Numbered from the stretch's first letter, positions 1 to 10,708 are shown. The stretch is 64,000 nt of DNA from Bordetella parapertussis (GCA_945866125.1 CAMBFZ010000019.1:53-64052); one strand, 5' to 3'. Program-made: numbers and translations. Notes: a model not told the origin generated them from the letters alone.

Positions 1-419
1 AGCACGCCGGGCAAAGGTAATTTACGCGGCAGGATGTTGCCGATAATTTCGCCAAATGGCATCAAACCGAGTTTGAGGCCTTCCATGAAAATCATCAGGC
101 CCACCAGCACGGCGAACAAGCCACCTGCGATGAGTGATGCATCAGCGACTGAGCGCTGCAGCACAATGATTTGAAAGAGAGCAAGGTAAGCCGCCAACGG
201 AATCACCGCTGAAAACTGTTCCATGAAGCGTGTGCCGATGTAAGGTTGCAGCAGGTTGTAGACATCTGAACCCGCCATTTTGAGCTTCTCTGGTTTTTGC
301 GGAATTTCTTTTCCGTTTTTGTCCAGTTTTGGCTTCGGCATTAATTTTGAATAGCTGACCGAGTCGGAATCGACTGTTACGGCCTGCACGTATTCACCGA
401 AGCGAATATTTTTTGCCAT
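1..419 (-). CDS. DUF1538-like integral membrane protein, N-terminal part (gene runs off the window start)
   Basis: Absent from the ORF track because it runs off the edge. The reverse-strand ATG at 419 gives MAKNIRFGEYVQAV...LIAGGLFAVLVGLMIFMEGLKLGLMPFGEIIGNILPRK. It has hydrophobic helices and an EGLKLGLMPFGE-type motif that I associate with DUF1538. Confidence 0.45.
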   Translation of the reverse strand, partial: MAKNIRFGEYVQAVTVDSDSVSYSKLMPKPKLDKNGKEIPQKPEKLKMAGSDVYNLLQPYIGTRFMEQFSAVIPLAAYLALFQIIVLQRSVADASLIAGGLFAVLVGLMIFMEGLKLGLMPFGEIIGNILPRKLPLPGV

Positions 420-822
420 GCTTCCCCCTTTGGTATAGAAATTACCCCGAGGCAAGAATACTTGAGGGGAATATAATTGGCAATAAGGAAAAGGCTCTCA
501 GTGGGTTTTTGAGAGAATTATTCGTGCTAGTTATTCAAATGAAACCGCTCTGCGCGCCGCATGCCCGGTTTTTGCAGGAATTGCTTCTTTGTTTATTTTT
601 TATTTGAAAACGATTTGGCATGGCACTTCAAAAGCCGCAGTTGTCCCGACTGCTGTAAAAAGTGTCGCTGGATCGCCTTGTGCCGATCGCTTCGACGATG
701 GGGTGAAGGGTCTTTAAGCAGCATGCTATCCTGCACGCAAAAATGCGTTCATAAAAAGAACAACGGCTGATTCCCGGCTGTTGACCCCGGGCCACCAGAA
801 CGCGTCACCGGAGATATCCCTC

Positions 823-1704
823 ATGTTTGAACCACTGAAATCCGCCGGCCTGCGAGCCGCCCACATGTTTGTCTTGGCGCTTGGCGCTGTCAGCGTGGGC
901 GGTGCGATCGCGGCTTGCCCTGATGATGCTGCGGTCACTGCCTATCTGGCCGATTTCGCTGCCAAGCGTATCAGCAAGGGCTTTGGCAACGAATTGAGCG
1001 CATCAGACGCCGAATGCGCCAAACGCAAGCTTGTCGATCGTTTGCCCACTGTGCTCGGTCCCAAGCTTGGTTACAAAGCGGCGTTTACTAACGTGGCCTT
1101 GCAAAAACGCTTTGGCGTGGACAGCCCGAAGTGGGGCACGATGTTTGAGCGCAATATGATCGATATTTTGGCGGTCGTGCCGGCTGATTTTGGTGCGCGT
1201 CCCGTCTATGAGGCGGATTTTATTGTGGTGGTAAAGGACGTGGGGCTCGCCGATGCCCAAACACCGCTTGAGGCGCTGGGTCATCTTGAATCGGTGGTAC
1301 CGTTCATCGAATTGGCTGACCTGATGCTCGAAGGTTCCTTCAACGGCAACGCCATGATTGCGACCAATGTTGCCTTCCGCGGCGGGGTGATGGGCGACGA
1401 AATACCGGTGGTAAAAACTCAGGCGTTTCTGGATAGCCTCGCCGAGATGACGGTTGTGATGACGGATGAAGTCGACGGCAAAGAACTCGGACGCGCCAAA
1501 GGCAGCGCCTTGATGGATAACCCGATTCATGCCGCGATGTGGCTGGCGCAGGCGCTCAAAAAAGATGGGGTGACGTTGAAGCCGGGTGATTTACTGAGCC
1601 TCGGTGGCTATATTCCGCCGCAACCAACCAAGCCGGGAATGAAGGTGCAGGTACGCTATATCGGTTTGCCGGGTGATCCGATGGTGGGCGTGGAGCTGGA
1701 GTGA
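823..1704 (+). CDS. 2-keto-4-pentenoate hydratase-like (FAH/MhpD-type hydratase family) protein with an N-terminal signal-like segment
   Basis: ORF 781..1704. The in-frame ATG at 823 follows GGAGAT. Motifs GYKAAFTN, EADFIVVV, FIELAD and LKPGDLLSLGG resemble COG3971 hydratases. Confidence 0.55.
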   Translation: MFEPLKSAGLRAAHMFVLALGAVSVGGAIAACPDDAAVTAYLADFAAKRISKGFGNELSASDAECAKRKLVDRLPTVLGPKLGYKAAFTNVALQKRFGVDSPKWGTMFERNMIDILAVVPADFGARPVYEADFIVVVKDVGLADAQTPLEALGHLESVVPFIELADLMLEGSFNGNAMIATNVAFRGGVMGDEIPVVKTQAFLDSLAEMTVVMTDEVDGKELGRAKGSALMDNPIHAAMWLAQALKKDGVTLKPGDLLSLGGYIPPQPTKPGMKVQVRYIGLPGDPMVGVELE

Positions 1705-1788
1705 GTGCTGTCGGATATTGTCGGCGGTCGTCGGTATACAAAGTTGAAGCCAGGCTGCTTCATAAAACCATAATTAAGGAGCAATCAG

Positions 1789-3390
1789 ATGGGTGAATCT
1801 TCGCGTTTTATTCCGTGGATACTGACCGGCTTCGGCACATTTTTGTTTTTCTTTTTTTCGCCGCTGCTGTCGCTGATTTGCCTGGGCTTGTTTATTCTCG
1901 GCTGGCGTGATTACCGGCAGACGCATCATGCAATTTTGCGTAATTATCCGGTGTCGGGCCATCTACGATTTTTGCTCGAATATATACGCCCGGAGATTCG
2001 CCAGTACTTTCTGGAGAATGACGAGGAAAAGCTGCCGTTTTCGCGCAACCAACGCATCATGGTGTACACCCGCGCGAAAAAACAAAACGACAAACGCGGC
2101 TTCGGTACCATCAAAGCGGTCTACGGGCAAGACAGTGAGTGGCTGGGCCACTCAGCCAAACCCAAAGAAGCGGATCCCAAAACTTTTCGCGTGAAGATCG
2201 GCGGGCCTGCCTGCAGTCAGCCTTACTCGGCCTCTATTTTTAATATCTCGGCCATGAGCTTCGGCGCATTGTCACCCAACGCGATCTTGGCGCTTAACCG
2301 CGGTGCCTACATGGGGGGCTTTGCGCACGACACTGGCGAAGGATCGATTTCGTCCTATCACCGCGAGCATAACGGCGACCTGATCTGGGAAATCGGCTCG
2401 GGTTATTTTGGTTGCCGCACACGCGACGGGCATTTTGACGAAGAAAAATTCACGGCTCAGGCACTCACGCCGCAAGTCAAAATGATCGAAATCAAATTAT
2501 CGCAAGGCGCTAAGCCCGGTCATGGCGGTGTGCTGCCTGCGGCGAAAGTCACGCCTGAGATCGCGGCGGCGCGCGGCGTAGCCTTGGGACAGGATTGCGT
2601 CTCGCCGGCTTCGCACAGCGCCTTTTCCACACCGGCTGAGCTGGTGAGTTTCATTGCGCGCTTGCGCGAACTCTCCGGCGGTAAGCCGGTGGGTTTTAAG
2701 CTCTGTATCGGCCATCCTTGGGAGTGGTTCGGCATTGCCAAGGCGATGCTGGCCGCAGATATTTACCCTGACTTTATCGTCATTGATGGCAGTGAAGGCG
2801 GCACTGGCGCAGCGCCCGTTGAATTTTCCGATCATGTTGGCATGCCGATGCGCGAAGGCTTGCGCCTGGTGCATAACACCTTGTTGGGCATCGGCAAGCG
2901 CGACCAGATCGCGATTGGGGCATCAGGGAAAATTATTTCTGCCTTTGATATCGTGCGCGCCATTGCGCTGGGCGCTGACTGGTGCAATTCGGCGCGCGGC
3001 TTTATGTTCGCGCTGGGATGTATTCAGTCGCGCAGCTGTCATACCGACCATTGCCCCACGGGTGTGGCCACGCAAGATCCGCAACGTCAGCGCGCTTTGG
3101 TGGTGCCGGATAAAGCGGAGCGAGTCAAAAATTTCCACGAGCAGACGGTGGACGCGCTGGGCGAATTAGTGAGCGCGGCAGGCTTCGAGCATCCTGGTGA
3201 CATTACCGCGGACCACATCATGGTGCGCGACCAATCCGGTCATCCGGTTCCGATGGCGATTAATTTACCAACGGTGCCGCCCGGTGCTTTGCTACTGACC
3301 ACGGGTATTGCGAAGTTGCCTGAGCCGTTTCGCAGTTACTGGGCCAGCGCCAAGGCGGCGCATTTTGAGCGACGGGTGCGGGCACGCTAG
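1789..3390 (+). CDS. FMN-binding glutamate synthase family protein (GltB domain-2-like), membrane anchored
   Basis: 533-aa ORF preceded by AAGGAG. It has an N-terminal TM segment and the motifs KLSQGAKPGHGGVLPAAKV, DGSEGGTGAAP and CHTDHCPTGVATQD, typical of glutamate synthase-related FMN proteins. Confidence 0.85.
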   Translation: MGESSRFIPWILTGFGTFLFFFFSPLLSLICLGLFILGWRDYRQTHHAILRNYPVSGHLRFLLEYIRPEIRQYFLENDEEKLPFSRNQRIMVYTRAKKQNDKRGFGTIKAVYGQDSEWLGHSAKPKEADPKTFRVKIGGPACSQPYSASIFNISAMSFGALSPNAILALNRGAYMGGFAHDTGEGSISSYHREHNGDLIWEIGSGYFGCRTRDGHFDEEKFTAQALTPQVKMIEIKLSQGAKPGHGGVLPAAKVTPEIAAARGVALGQDCVSPASHSAFSTPAELVSFIARLRELSGGKPVGFKLCIGHPWEWFGIAKAMLAADIYPDFIVIDGSEGGTGAAPVEFSDHVGMPMREGLRLVHNTLLGIGKRDQIAIGASGKIISAFDIVRAIALGADWCNSARGFMFALGCIQSRSCHTDHCPTGVATQDPQRQRALVVPDKAERVKNFHEQTVDALGELVSAAGFEHPGDITADHIMVRDQSGHPVPMAINLPTVPPGALLLTTGIAKLPEPFRSYWASAKAAHFERRVRAR

Positions 3391-3419
3391 AACGCGCTGC
3401 CGGCCAAGCTGCCTCAGAC

Positions 3420-4190
3420 CTAAAACCGGTACACGTCCCCGTGTACCGGCAGTCGCAAATCACGCCCCGGTAGCGCTGACTTCAGTTGCTGCGCAATTTC
3501 TTCTTCCATTCCCGGTTTACGGTGAACGACAATACTGGCCACGTTATCGGGCAAAGCGGCGAGTCGGCGCGCCACCGTGCTGACATCGAGGTGCATCGAT
3601 AACGCAGCCATCTCGGCCATCTGAATGGGATACGAGCATTCGATGATCACGGCAGCAAGCGCACGATCGCCGGCAATGGCTTCCCAGAAAGCAGGGCAGT
3701 CGATGGTGTCGCCCGAAAAAGCGAGGGCGACCTCGCCTTTTTGTACGCGGTAGCCGCAAGCAGGGATGCCATGGCGGCCGGGCAGGGGGGTAAAACGCAA
3801 GCCAGCGATCTCGAGTGGCACTCCGACGGGTAGGGTATTGAGTTCGACAAAGGGCTGGATTTCGTTGGGGATTTTGGTGAAATCGGGCCAGATCTGATCA
3901 TTGAACACATGCGCGCGCAGGATGTCGATTACGGCCGGTAGCGCCCAGATCTGCAGTGGCGTCTCGCGCGAGGCTGCCACCGAATCAAGCAGCAGTGGCA
4001 GGCAGGCGATATGGTCGAGATGGGCATGGGTGAGCACGATATGGTCGATGCGCGCCATGTGCTCAAGGCTCAGCTCGCCGGCACCGGTGCCGGCGTCAAT
4101 CAGTACGGTGTCATCCAAGCCATAGCAGGTGGTGCGCCGCGCCGTGCCGCCAATGCCGCCGCTGCAGCCAAGCAGGCGCAGGGTAATCAT
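3420..4190 (-). CDS. MBL-fold hydrolase, class II 3',5'-cyclic-nucleotide phosphodiesterase-like
   Basis: ORF 3420..4250; the likely start is the internal ATG at 4190 (MITLRLLGCSGGIGG). The motif THAHLDHI and the overall layout resemble CpdP-type class II phosphodiesterases. Confidence 0.6.
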   Translation of the reverse strand: MITLRLLGCSGGIGGTARRTTCYGLDDTVLIDAGTGAGELSLEHMARIDHIVLTHAHLDHIACLPLLLDSVAASRETPLQIWALPAVIDILRAHVFNDQIWPDFTKIPNEIQPFVELNTLPVGVPLEIAGLRFTPLPGRHGIPACGYRVQKGEVALAFSGDTIDCPAFWEAIAGDRALAAVIIECSYPIQMAEMAALSMHLDVSTVARRLAALPDNVASIVVHRKPGMEEEIAQQLKSALPGRDLRLPVHGDVYRF

Positions 4191-4281
4191 GTCCGTCTCG
4201 CTGTTAATTTCATTGCTGCTCGTTCTGTAAACTTTCACGCGACACATCATAGCGCATCACGAGCAACTTAATAACGTCGTG

Positions 4282-7200
4282 CTAGCTGGCCTTTTCCATG
4301 CTGATTGCAGGATCGATGGCTGGATCAAACCAGCGATACAGTACCGGCAGCACCACCAAGGTGAGCAAGGTCGAGGTGATCAGACCGCCAATGACCACCA
4401 CCGCTAAGGGGCGCTGCACTTCCGAGCCGGGCCCGCTGGCAAACAAAAACGGCACCAGCCCGAGCAGTGCGACGGTGGCCGTCATCATCACCGGCCTGAA
4501 ACGCTGCACACAGCCTTCGCGCACCGCTTCTTTGACGGCCATCCCGTCTTCACGCAGCCGGCGGATGCAGGTAACCAGAACCACGCCGTTCAACACTGCA
4601 ATGCCCCACAGTGCGATAAAGCCAACCGATGCCGGCACGGATAAATACTCGCCCGTGATAGCCAGCCCGAAGACGCCACCAATGGACGCAAAGGGCAGCA
4701 CCGTGATGATGAGTGCGGCTAATTTGAGTGACTTGAACATCATAAAGAGCAGGAAGAAAATGGCCGCAATCGTCAGCGGTATGATGACCATTAAGGTACC
4801 CATAGCGCGCTGCATGTTTTCAAACTGACCGCCCCAGGAAAAATAATAACCATCGGGCAGTTTGACCTTTTGTTCTACCTGTTGCTGCACCTCGGCGACA
4901 AAACTGCCCAAGTCGCGACCGGCTACGTTGGCGCCAACCACGACGCGCCGCTTGCCGGATTCGCGGTTAATAGCGGGCGGGCTGTCGACCAGTGATATCT
5001 TGGCCACCGACTCAAGCGGAATGACCGCGTTATCGGGTGTGCGCAGCAGCGTTTTACGGATGGCGTCGACTGAATTACGGTACGACTCTGGATAGCGCAG
5101 CAAAATTGCATAGCGACGCTCCCCTTCATAGAGCTGACTCACCTCGCTGCCGGCAATGGCGGTCTCGATGATGGCGTGAATGTCGGCGACGTTGATGCCA
5201 TAACGCGCAATGGCACGACGGTCAATATCGATCGTAAGAGTTTGCTGTCCGGAGAGACGATCGATTCGCACATCACGCGCGCCGGGTATTTTTTTGACGA
5301 TCTGCGAGACTTGTTCAGAGAGTCGTTTGAGTTCAGCCAGATCGTCACCAAAAATTTTGATGGCCAGTTGTGAGCGCACGCCAGTCAGCATTTCGTCAAC
5401 GCGCTGTGCAATCGGTTGGTTCATCACCACCTGAACACCGGGCAACACAGCCAGCGCATGACGGATGTCGCCTTCGATTTCGGCCTGAGTGCGGTTAGAT
5501 TTTGGATCAATACTGACGATGGGGTTGGATTCATTTTGTGCAGAGGGATCCGCAGCAGAATCACCGCGACCCATGCCGGCAACGACTAGGCGCACGCCGG
5601 GTACCTGACTGACTATTTTGGCCGCCTGCATTTCAATCTCAATAGATTCGTCCATTGAAATATTAGGCGAACGAATAATCTGCGGCACAATCGAGCCCTC
5701 GTTCATGGTGGGTATGAAGCTCTTGCCCAATAGCGGCACTAGCATGAATGACCCAAGCAGAAGCGCCACGGCGGCGGCCACCGTTTTTTTCTCGGAGGCG
5801 AGTGCAGCGTGCAAGAGCGCCAGATAATGCCGCTTCATCCACGCGATGGGACGGGTGTCGTGGTCGTTGCCGCCTTTGAGGATATAGAAACACAAGGCCG
5901 GCGAAAGGAACATCGAGATCGCCAGCGAAACAGCCAGCGCAATGGCAATCGTCATGGCCAGCGGGCCAAACATCTTGCCTTCCATGCCAGTGAGGGTCAT
6001 CAGCGGCAGGAACACCAGGATAATGATCGAGATGCCGTAGATAGTCGGCTTGGCCACTTCCAGCGTCGCGTCAAGCACGACTCTGCTGCGTTCGGCCACG
6101 CCGGTGCCGGCCGTGCCAAGTTTATGAAAGACGTTTTCTACCACCACCACGGTGCCGTCGACCATCAGACCAATAGCAATGGCCAGCCCCCCCAGCGACA
6201 TGAGATTGGCCGACAAACCGATCCGGTTCATGACCATGAACGTCACCAGTGGCGTGAGAACCAGTGTGGCCACCACGACCAGACTGGAACGCACGTCGCC
6301 GAGAAACACGAGCAGCACAATGACAACCAGAATCACGCCTTCCATTAGTACCTTGCCCACCATCCAAAGCGACGCATCGACCAATTCGGTACGGTCGTAA
6401 AACGGTACGATTTTGAGGCCATTGGGCAGCTGTCCTTTGGCATTGATTTCATCGACGCGTGCTTTCACGCGGGTGACGATTTCTTTGGCATTCCCGCCGC
6501 GCAGCATCATCACGATGCCACCGACGGATTCGGTGTCACCGTTTTTGACGAAGGCGCCGTAGCGCACCGCTGCCCCGATTTTGACTTCGGCCACATCGCG
6601 CACAAACACCGGAATGCCGCTTTCTTCTTTGAGCACAATACTGCCGATGTCTTCCGCAGTGCGGGTCAGACCAACGCCGCGAATGAGATATTGCTCTTCA
6701 CCCTGCGGCAGGATGCCGCCGCCCGAGTTGGCGTTGTTGCTGGCGATGGCCTGGTGAACCGTGTTGAGCGAGAGGTGATAGTGGCGTAGCCGATCCGGAT
6801 TGACCATCACCTGATATTGCCGCTCCAGCCCACCCATCGAATTGATCTCGGCGATGCCGGCAATTGAGCGCAGCATCGGACGCACGACCCAGTCCTGAAT
6901 CGAGCGGCGTTCCATCAGTTCGGTGTCGGTGAGTTTGCGCTTGCCGTCATCGGGATGATCGAGTGTGTATTGATAAACTTCGCCCAGACCCGTGGAGACC
7001 GGGCCCAGCACCGGCGTGACACCGGTGGGCATGCGCGAGCTGACTTCCATCAGTCTTTCCATGACCAGCTGGCGAGCAAAGTAGACGTCCGTGTTGTCGG
7101 TAAAAACCAGCGTAATGAGAGAGAGCCCGTTACGGTTGAGCGAGCGCATGTCAGTCAGGCCAGGCAAGCCGGTCATGCTGATTTCAAGCGGGGCAGTGAC

Positions 7201-7392
7201 GAAACGTTCGACCTCTTCGGTCGAGCGGCCCGGTGCTTCGGCAGCAATCTGCACCTGCACGTTGGTGACATCGGGGAAGGCGTCGACGGACAGCTTCATG
7301 GTCGAGCGAATACCAAAGCCGACCAGTACAAAAGCCATGATCGTCATCACCAGCCGCGCAGCGAGCGACTCGCGAATCAAGAGATTGAGCAT
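4282..7392 (-). CDS. czcA: CusA/CzcA family heavy-metal efflux RND transporter
   Basis: 1036-aa ORF. The N-terminus MLNLLIRESL...DAFPDVTNVQVQI, the 12-TM RND architecture and the GLMVDGTVVVVEN motif fit the family. It lies 3 nt downstream of the adaptor gene. Confidence 0.92.
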   Translation of the reverse strand: MLNLLIRESLAARLVMTIMAFVLVGFGIRSTMKLSVDAFPDVTNVQVQIAAEAPGRSTEEVERFVTAPLEISMTGLPGLTDMRSLNRNGLSLITLVFTDNTDVYFARQLVMERLMEVSSRMPTGVTPVLGPVSTGLGEVYQYTLDHPDDGKRKLTDTELMERRSIQDWVVRPMLRSIAGIAEINSMGGLERQYQVMVNPDRLRHYHLSLNTVHQAIASNNANSGGGILPQGEEQYLIRGVGLTRTAEDIGSIVLKEESGIPVFVRDVAEVKIGAAVRYGAFVKNGDTESVGGIVMMLRGGNAKEIVTRVKARVDEINAKGQLPNGLKIVPFYDRTELVDASLWMVGKVLMEGVILVVIVLLVFLGDVRSSLVVVATLVLTPLVTFMVMNRIGLSANLMSLGGLAIAIGLMVDGTVVVVENVFHKLGTAGTGVAERSRVVLDATLEVAKPTIYGISIIILVFLPLMTLTGMEGKMFGPLAMTIAIALAVSLAISMFLSPALCFYILKGGNDHDTRPIAWMKRHYLALLHAALASEKKTVAAAVALLLGSFMLVPLLGKSFIPTMNEGSIVPQIIRSPNISMDESIEIEMQAAKIVSQVPGVRLVVAGMGRGDSAADPSAQNESNPIVSIDPKSNRTQAEIEGDIRHALAVLPGVQVVMNQPIAQRVDEMLTGVRSQLAIKIFGDDLAELKRLSEQVSQIVKKIPGARDVRIDRLSGQQTLTIDIDRRAIARYGINVADIHAIIETAIAGSEVSQLYEGERRYAILLRYPESYRNSVDAIRKTLLRTPDNAVIPLESVAKISLVDSPPAINRESGKRRVVVGANVAGRDLGSFVAEVQQQVEQKVKLPDGYYFSWGGQFENMQRAMGTLMVIIPLTIAAIFFLLFMMFKSLKLAALIITVLPFASIGGVFGLAITGEYLSVPASVGFIALWGIAVLNGVVLVTCIRRLREDGMAVKEAVREGCVQRFRPVMMTATVALLGLVPFLFASGPGSEVQRPLAVVVIGGLITSTLLTLVVLPVLYRWFDPAIDPAISMEKAS

Positions 7393-7395
7393 GCC

Positions 7396-8571
7396 TTACT
7401 CCAGCTCGGCGCGTTTGCGCTGGCTATTGAGATGAAAGGTGCCATCGACCACGATTCGAGTGCCTTCGTCGATGCCTTTGCGTACCGGCCGGATTTCGCC
7501 AGCGGCTTCATCGAGCTGCACTTCGGTGAGTTTGAATTGCCTTGGGCCGAGTTGTACGAACACATATTCGCGGTTATTTTCGCGCACTACTGCTGACGCC
7601 GGTATGGCCAGTTGATTGATGAAGCTGCCATTGAGATGCAAGGTGGCGAGCATTTGCGGCTTGAGCGCAAAGCCGGGATTGTCGACTGCGGTGCGGATGG
7701 CCACTGTGCGGGTGTCGGGGTGCACGGTGTCGCTGATGAAGACGATTTTGCCTTTCAGGCGAGTCTGGCCGAGCGCCGCGACCTCGACTTCAACTTGCTG
7801 GTTTAGCTGAACCGAATTGGCATCTTTTTCAGGCAAGGCACCCACGACCCAGACATTGGACAGGTCGGCAATGGTAAAGAGTGGGTCACCCGGTTGCGCG
7901 ACCTGACCCTGACTGACTTTACGTTCGACGACCACGCCGGCGCGGGTTGCCGTGATGGCGACTTCGGAGGCCAAGGCGCCGTCTTCGCGTAAGCGCTCGA
8001 TTGCCGTTTGTGACAGCCCGATCAGCTTGAGCTGGTCGGCCGCCGCGCGCAGCTCAGCGCGGCTGATCGATAACTCAACTTCGCGGCGCTGCAATTCGGC
8101 CCCGCCGATCACGTCTGCCAGTACCAACTGCTGTGCGCGTTCGACCGAACGCTCGGCCAACTTGCTGCTGGAAACGGCACGCAGATAGGCCAACTGTGCA
8201 TTGGTCAGCTCAGGGCTGGCGAGTCTGGCGAGCGGCTGCCCGGCTTTGACGCGGTCGCCCACTTCCGCCATCACTTGCGTGACACGACCCGTTACCGAGG
8301 CGCCGGTGCGGGTGGTACGTTGCTCATTGGCTTCGATCTTGCCCACGACTTTTTGCACCAACGCAATGCTGGCCATTTGCGCGGCTTCGACTTTAAATTG
8401 CGCGGCCATTTCGGCGCTGACATTGACCATCATCGGGTCGACTGCCGACGCCGGTGCGCCGGCGGTCTTGGCGGGTGTTTGGGTCGGCTCTTTGCCACAT
8501 CCTGTCAGGGTCAAAACAAGCAGGCTGCCAAGCAGCCAGGACAATGGGCGGGAAAACGATTGTGCAATCAT
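7396..8571 (-). CDS. czcB: Efflux RND periplasmic adaptor subunit (CzcB/CusB-like lipoprotein)
   Basis: ORF 7396..8784. The plausible start is the ATG at 8571 (MIAQSFSRPLSWLLGSLLVLTLTGCGKE, lipobox LTGC). It has a coiled-coil hairpin and beta-barrel layout typical of the HlyD/MFP family. Confidence 0.85.
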   Translation of the reverse strand: MIAQSFSRPLSWLLGSLLVLTLTGCGKEPTQTPAKTAGAPASAVDPMMVNVSAEMAAQFKVEAAQMASIALVQKVVGKIEANEQRTTRTGASVTGRVTQVMAEVGDRVKAGQPLARLASPELTNAQLAYLRAVSSSKLAERSVERAQQLVLADVIGGAELQRREVELSISRAELRAAADQLKLIGLSQTAIERLREDGALASEVAITATRAGVVVERKVSQGQVAQPGDPLFTIADLSNVWVVGALPEKDANSVQLNQQVEVEVAALGQTRLKGKIVFISDTVHPDTRTVAIRTAVDNPGFALKPQMLATLHLNGSFINQLAIPASAVVRENNREYVFVQLGPRQFKLTEVQLDEAAGEIRPVRKGIDEGTRIVVDGTFHLNSQRKRAELE

Positions 8572-8635
8572 GGTCTGATGAGGTAGGTGAAATAAGATAA
8601 TGCAGTGCCCGCAAGCAGGCAGCAGCGCGGTCGGG

Positions 8636-9904
8636 TCAGTCGCCTGCATTAATATAGCGGCCTGCCAGGAAATCGAGTTCGATCGTTGAGGCTTGCAATT
8701 CATAGCGCGCCTGCAGTAAGTCACCCCGTACCGAGCGCAGCACACGTTCGGCATCGAGCACGTCAAGAATGCCGCGCTCGCCAAAGCGGTAAGCGGCTTG
8801 AGCGATACGCAGTGCGGCTTCCGCCCCGATCATCGCGCCTTCGTCGAGCGCCTTGATGCGAAGGCGTGCCACCTCGACGGAGCGCCAAGCGAGCGCGAGT
8901 TGTTGCTGCAGTTCGGCGCGCCGACCCTCTAGCCGGGTGCGCGCCCGTTCACGGTCGGCGATGGCCTCGGCGCGTGGGCCGGCCCGCTGGTCGACGATGG
9001 GGACCTGAATTGACATGCTGAGAATATTTTGGCGGTAATCAGGTTCGCGCTGATGCGAGTAGCGCAGCTCGATGCCGGGCCAGCGGCTCGCGATCGCTTC
9101 GCTGATACGCGCCTGAGCCCGGTCCACGTCGGCGCGTAGCACATGCAACTCAGGATTGGATTCGAGCGCGGTGGCTTCGATGGCGTCGAAAGTGGGCAGA
9201 TCAATCTGGTCGGTGAGATTGCCGTCAAGCGTCCAGGCTGGGGGCAACTGGCCTGCAGCGAGCCGATTGAGATTGATGACCGCCTGCTCGAGTTGCAATT
9301 TGGCCGTTTGCTCGCGCTGGCGGGCATTGATGATTTCGGTATCGGCCTTGATCAGTTCGTATTTGCCCGCTTCGCCTGTCTCAACGCGTACCCGTACCCG
9401 TTGCTGAATCTGTTGCAGCAGCAGCAGCGCATCGCTCGCGGCGAGTAATTCCTCTTTACGCAGCAAATATTCGAAAGCGCGCAAACGGATCTGAGCCACG
9501 ACCTCATTTTGGGTGGCGGCCACGGATTGCAAACTGCCCCGCTCGACCGACCGTGCGGCATCAACCCGTGCGCTACGCAATGCAGGGTTTTCGAACAGCT
9601 GCGCTACGCCAATGCCCGTCACGCTGCCTTGGCCGGCATACCCAGCCATGGCCTGATTACGACCAATATTGCTCTCAAGTCGAGGGTTAGGCCGCGCACC
9701 AGCGGAGGTGACGCTCGCGGTAGCCAGCTCGAGTGTGCGCTTGCTGGTCATTAGTGTCGGGTTGGTTCGAACGATCAACGATACAAGCTCATTGATGGTG
9801 AGCGACACTTCCCTAGCGGCTGGGGCGGGCTCTTTTGCTTGGGCAATACCTACTGTCAGATTCAGTAAAAATAGAACCGAAAAGACACGTGCGCGAGCGA
9901 ACAT
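8636..9904 (-). CDS. czcC: TolC-family outer membrane efflux protein (CzcC-like)
   Basis: 422-aa ORF with signal peptide MFARARVFSVLFLLNLTVGIAQA. It has two repeated OEP-type coiled regions and is the first gene of the czcCBA arrangement. Confidence 0.85.
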   Translation of the reverse strand: MFARARVFSVLFLLNLTVGIAQAKEPAPAAREVSLTINELVSLIVRTNPTLMTSKRTLELATASVTSAGARPNPRLESNIGRNQAMAGYAGQGSVTGIGVAQLFENPALRSARVDAARSVERGSLQSVAATQNEVVAQIRLRAFEYLLRKEELLAASDALLLLQQIQQRVRVRVETGEAGKYELIKADTEIINARQREQTAKLQLEQAVINLNRLAAGQLPPAWTLDGNLTDQIDLPTFDAIEATALESNPELHVLRADVDRAQARISEAIASRWPGIELRYSHQREPDYRQNILSMSIQVPIVDQRAGPRAEAIADRERARTRLEGRRAELQQQLALAWRSVEVARLRIKALDEGAMIGAEAALRIAQAAYRFGERGILDVLDAERVLRSVRGDLLQARYELQASTIELDFLAGRYINAGD

Positions 9905-10043
9905 GGACTAACTTTCTTTGAATTTGAAGGGTGTGCGTCAGCATTTTGTCAGCTTCTGTGCGGCATTATGTCAGGAAAATACGCCTGCTGCAGCGCAATG
10001 ATTTGTTTCTCACCAACATTATTTCAGGTTTACGGCGGGGCGC

Positions 10044-10085
10044 AAAAAAAAGACCGGTCAACTTACAGGTTGCCCGGTCTTTTTT
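10044..10085. terminator. Bidirectional rho-independent terminator-like hairpin
   Basis: AAAAAAAAGACCGG-(16 nt loop)-CCGGTCTTTTTT, flanked by an A-run and a T-run. It lies just downstream of the minus-strand barrel gene that ends at 10127. Confidence 0.6.
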
Positions 10086-10126
10086 GGGGAGTCCCCCGCC
10101 AGCGTGCCGGCGAGGGGTGACGCGTC

Positions 10127-10708
10127 TTAGAAATTGTGCGCGTAATGCACGCGCCAGCTATTTTTGGATTCGGCTGCCGCGCCGGTGCTATAGGCATAAC
10201 GTAGGCCAACGCTGTCGCTTGGGGTAAGGTCATAGGTGACCATGCCGTGATAACGGGTGCTATCAAAATTATTCCCCGTGGCGAAGGCATTGCGGTACCG
10301 GGTGCCGATATCAATGGCAAAGCCTTTGCCGAGCGGGATTTTAATGCCGGCATCAACGGCGTAATGCGCAAACTGCTTGGTGGCTTCAATTTTCTCCCCC
10401 AAACGCAGCGCAACGTAAGGGTACAAACCGTTGCCGAGGTCGTACGATTTTTTGATCTTGATCTCAATGTTGTTTGAGATGGTGCTGGTTCCGGTTACCG
10501 GATTTTTGTCGCTCAATCCTGCTTTGAACGAGTATTCCACCTTATTGGCCGCCTTCACACCAATGGTCACATTGGCTGCAATGTATTCATCAGCAATGGA
10601 GCCCCGTTTTTCTTCCTGGCTGTAATCGAGGGACATAAACGGTTTGAGTTCCGCCTGGGCGGCGGTGCTCATCAAGGCCATCAAGCCCAGCGCTGCGAAT
10701 TTTTTCAT
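10127..10708 (-). CDS. Small outer-membrane beta-barrel protein (OmpW/porin-family-like)
   Basis: ORF 10127..10723; likely start MKKFAALGLMALMSTAAQA (signal peptide). It shows an alternating beta-strand pattern and a C-terminal ...YAHNF with terminal Phe, typical of OMPs. Confidence 0.6.
   Translation of the reverse strand: MKKFAALGLMALMSTAAQAELKPFMSLDYSQEEKRGSIADEYIAANVTIGVKAANKVEYSFKAGLSDKNPVTGTSTISNNIEIKIKKSYDLGNGLYPYVALRLGEKIEATKQFAHYAVDAGIKIPLGKGFAIDIGTRYRNAFATGNNFDSTRYHGMVTYDLTPSDSVGLRYAYSTGAAAESKNSWRVHYAHNF

Noticed and set aside
630-650. Possible sigma-54 promoter (TGGCATGGCACTTCA) upstream of the hydratase gene
   Set aside because: A GG element is present, but there is no TTGC -12 element at the required spacing.
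5809-7596. Long plus-strand ORFs (5809..6348, 6955..7596, 7091..7435) inside the czcA/czcB region
   Set aside because: They are antisense to a strongly supported RND transporter gene. Their H/R/G/D-rich low-complexity translations are typical of the antisense frame of GC-rich genes, and none has an SD or recognisable motifs.
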